64,000 nt of DNA. It comes from Tubiluchus corallicola (lineage: Eukaryota > Animalia > Priapulida). Below are positions 63,362 to 64,000 of the stretch, piece by piece. The stretch's first letter is position 1; the number at the start of each line of letters is the position of its first letter. The notes under the pieces are model-generated. The model was not told where the DNA came from. It was given only the letters and a program-made list of their open reading frames with translations, and did no database searches. The translations under genes were made by a program, and so were the position numbers. Location: contig JAQGDQ010000041.1 of the NCBI GenBank assembly GCA_030141605.1, positions 682,001-746,000 on the forward strand, read 5' to 3'.

Positions 63362-64000
63362 ATTCAGTTCCCATTTTATGAAAACTTTATGCAGCTTTTA
63401 CGGAGCTTGGCTAGTGGTAATAAATAATATTCACTTTTCAAATTTGGCAAAACTTTCTTTTATTTATAACAAACCATGCCCTATATAAGACTAGACTGTA
63501 TAGTGCAGTGGTCGTTTTTCTGCGGGTGATGGAGTTTCTATCAATTAAATCAATCCTTGTTAATAAAAGTTAATACGCATTCATAGACAATAATAAATAT
63601 TTTATTATTGCTCCGTGCTGTGAATAATCTTTTAAATTTTAAAATAATATATCTGCGATATTGGTACTTTTTCTGAAGGCTTATAAATGTAGGGGTCATG
63701 GTAAGGTTGGTACTACTGAAAGGGGTCACGTACTTGAAAAGTTTGGTATATACAACTGGTATAGTGTAATGGAAAAATATACAAAGAATTCTCAAATGTA
63801 CCTACATGGATGGGATAATCACGGATAGAATTTTAGCTGCCACGCACTATTAATTATTATGTTTTATGAACTTTTTAATAAACCAGACTTCCCTAGTGCC
63901 AGGTTTCCTCTTTACTGAATAAACTTCTTTATTATCTAGTTGAAACAATTATTTTATACTGAGATATAGAAATGCTTTCTTTTTCGTTTAGTAGCAAATT

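Noticed and set aside
1-64000. tRNA, rRNA or snoRNA genes
   Set aside because: None recognised by eye; tRNAscan-SE or Infernal would be needed to exclude them.

Overview
This is AT-rich, intron-containing genomic DNA from an animal, probably an invertebrate; the species cannot be assigned from the sequence. Five genes were reconstructed by hand from GT-AG junctions with consistent exon phases. They are the 5' part of SPAG16/PF20 (minus strand, runs off the left edge), a complete 32-exon thioester-containing protein of the iTEP/CD109-like alpha-2-macroglobulin family (minus strand, 40365-11388, about 1,489 aa), an intronless peptide-receptor-type class A GPCR with a frameshift before TM7 (plus strand), TMEM42 and RP9 (both minus strand, about 600 bp apart). 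The standout is the 11-kb TEP region between exon 17 (29685) and exon 19 (18644). It holds a tandem array of mutually exclusive bait/variable-region exons: 5 intact, 1 borderline, at least 4 clear pseudo-exons and some fainter relics. All intact exons end in an R-x-x-FPE(S/T)-(W/L)LW motif and run phase 1 to phase 2. The introns downstream of exons A, B, C, D and pseudo-exon E each carry a short sequence complementary to one common site (about 19081-19126) downstream of the last variable exon. This is the layout of a Dscam/14-3-3-type competing RNA-pairing (docking site/selector) splicing switch, which I do not know to have been described for a TEP. There are also two candidate plus-strand exons antisense to the RP9 5' end that would encode a Cys/Trp module plus an Asp-rich, GPI-signal-like tail, and many LINE and MITE remnants. 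All alignments were done by eye; no database search was run.
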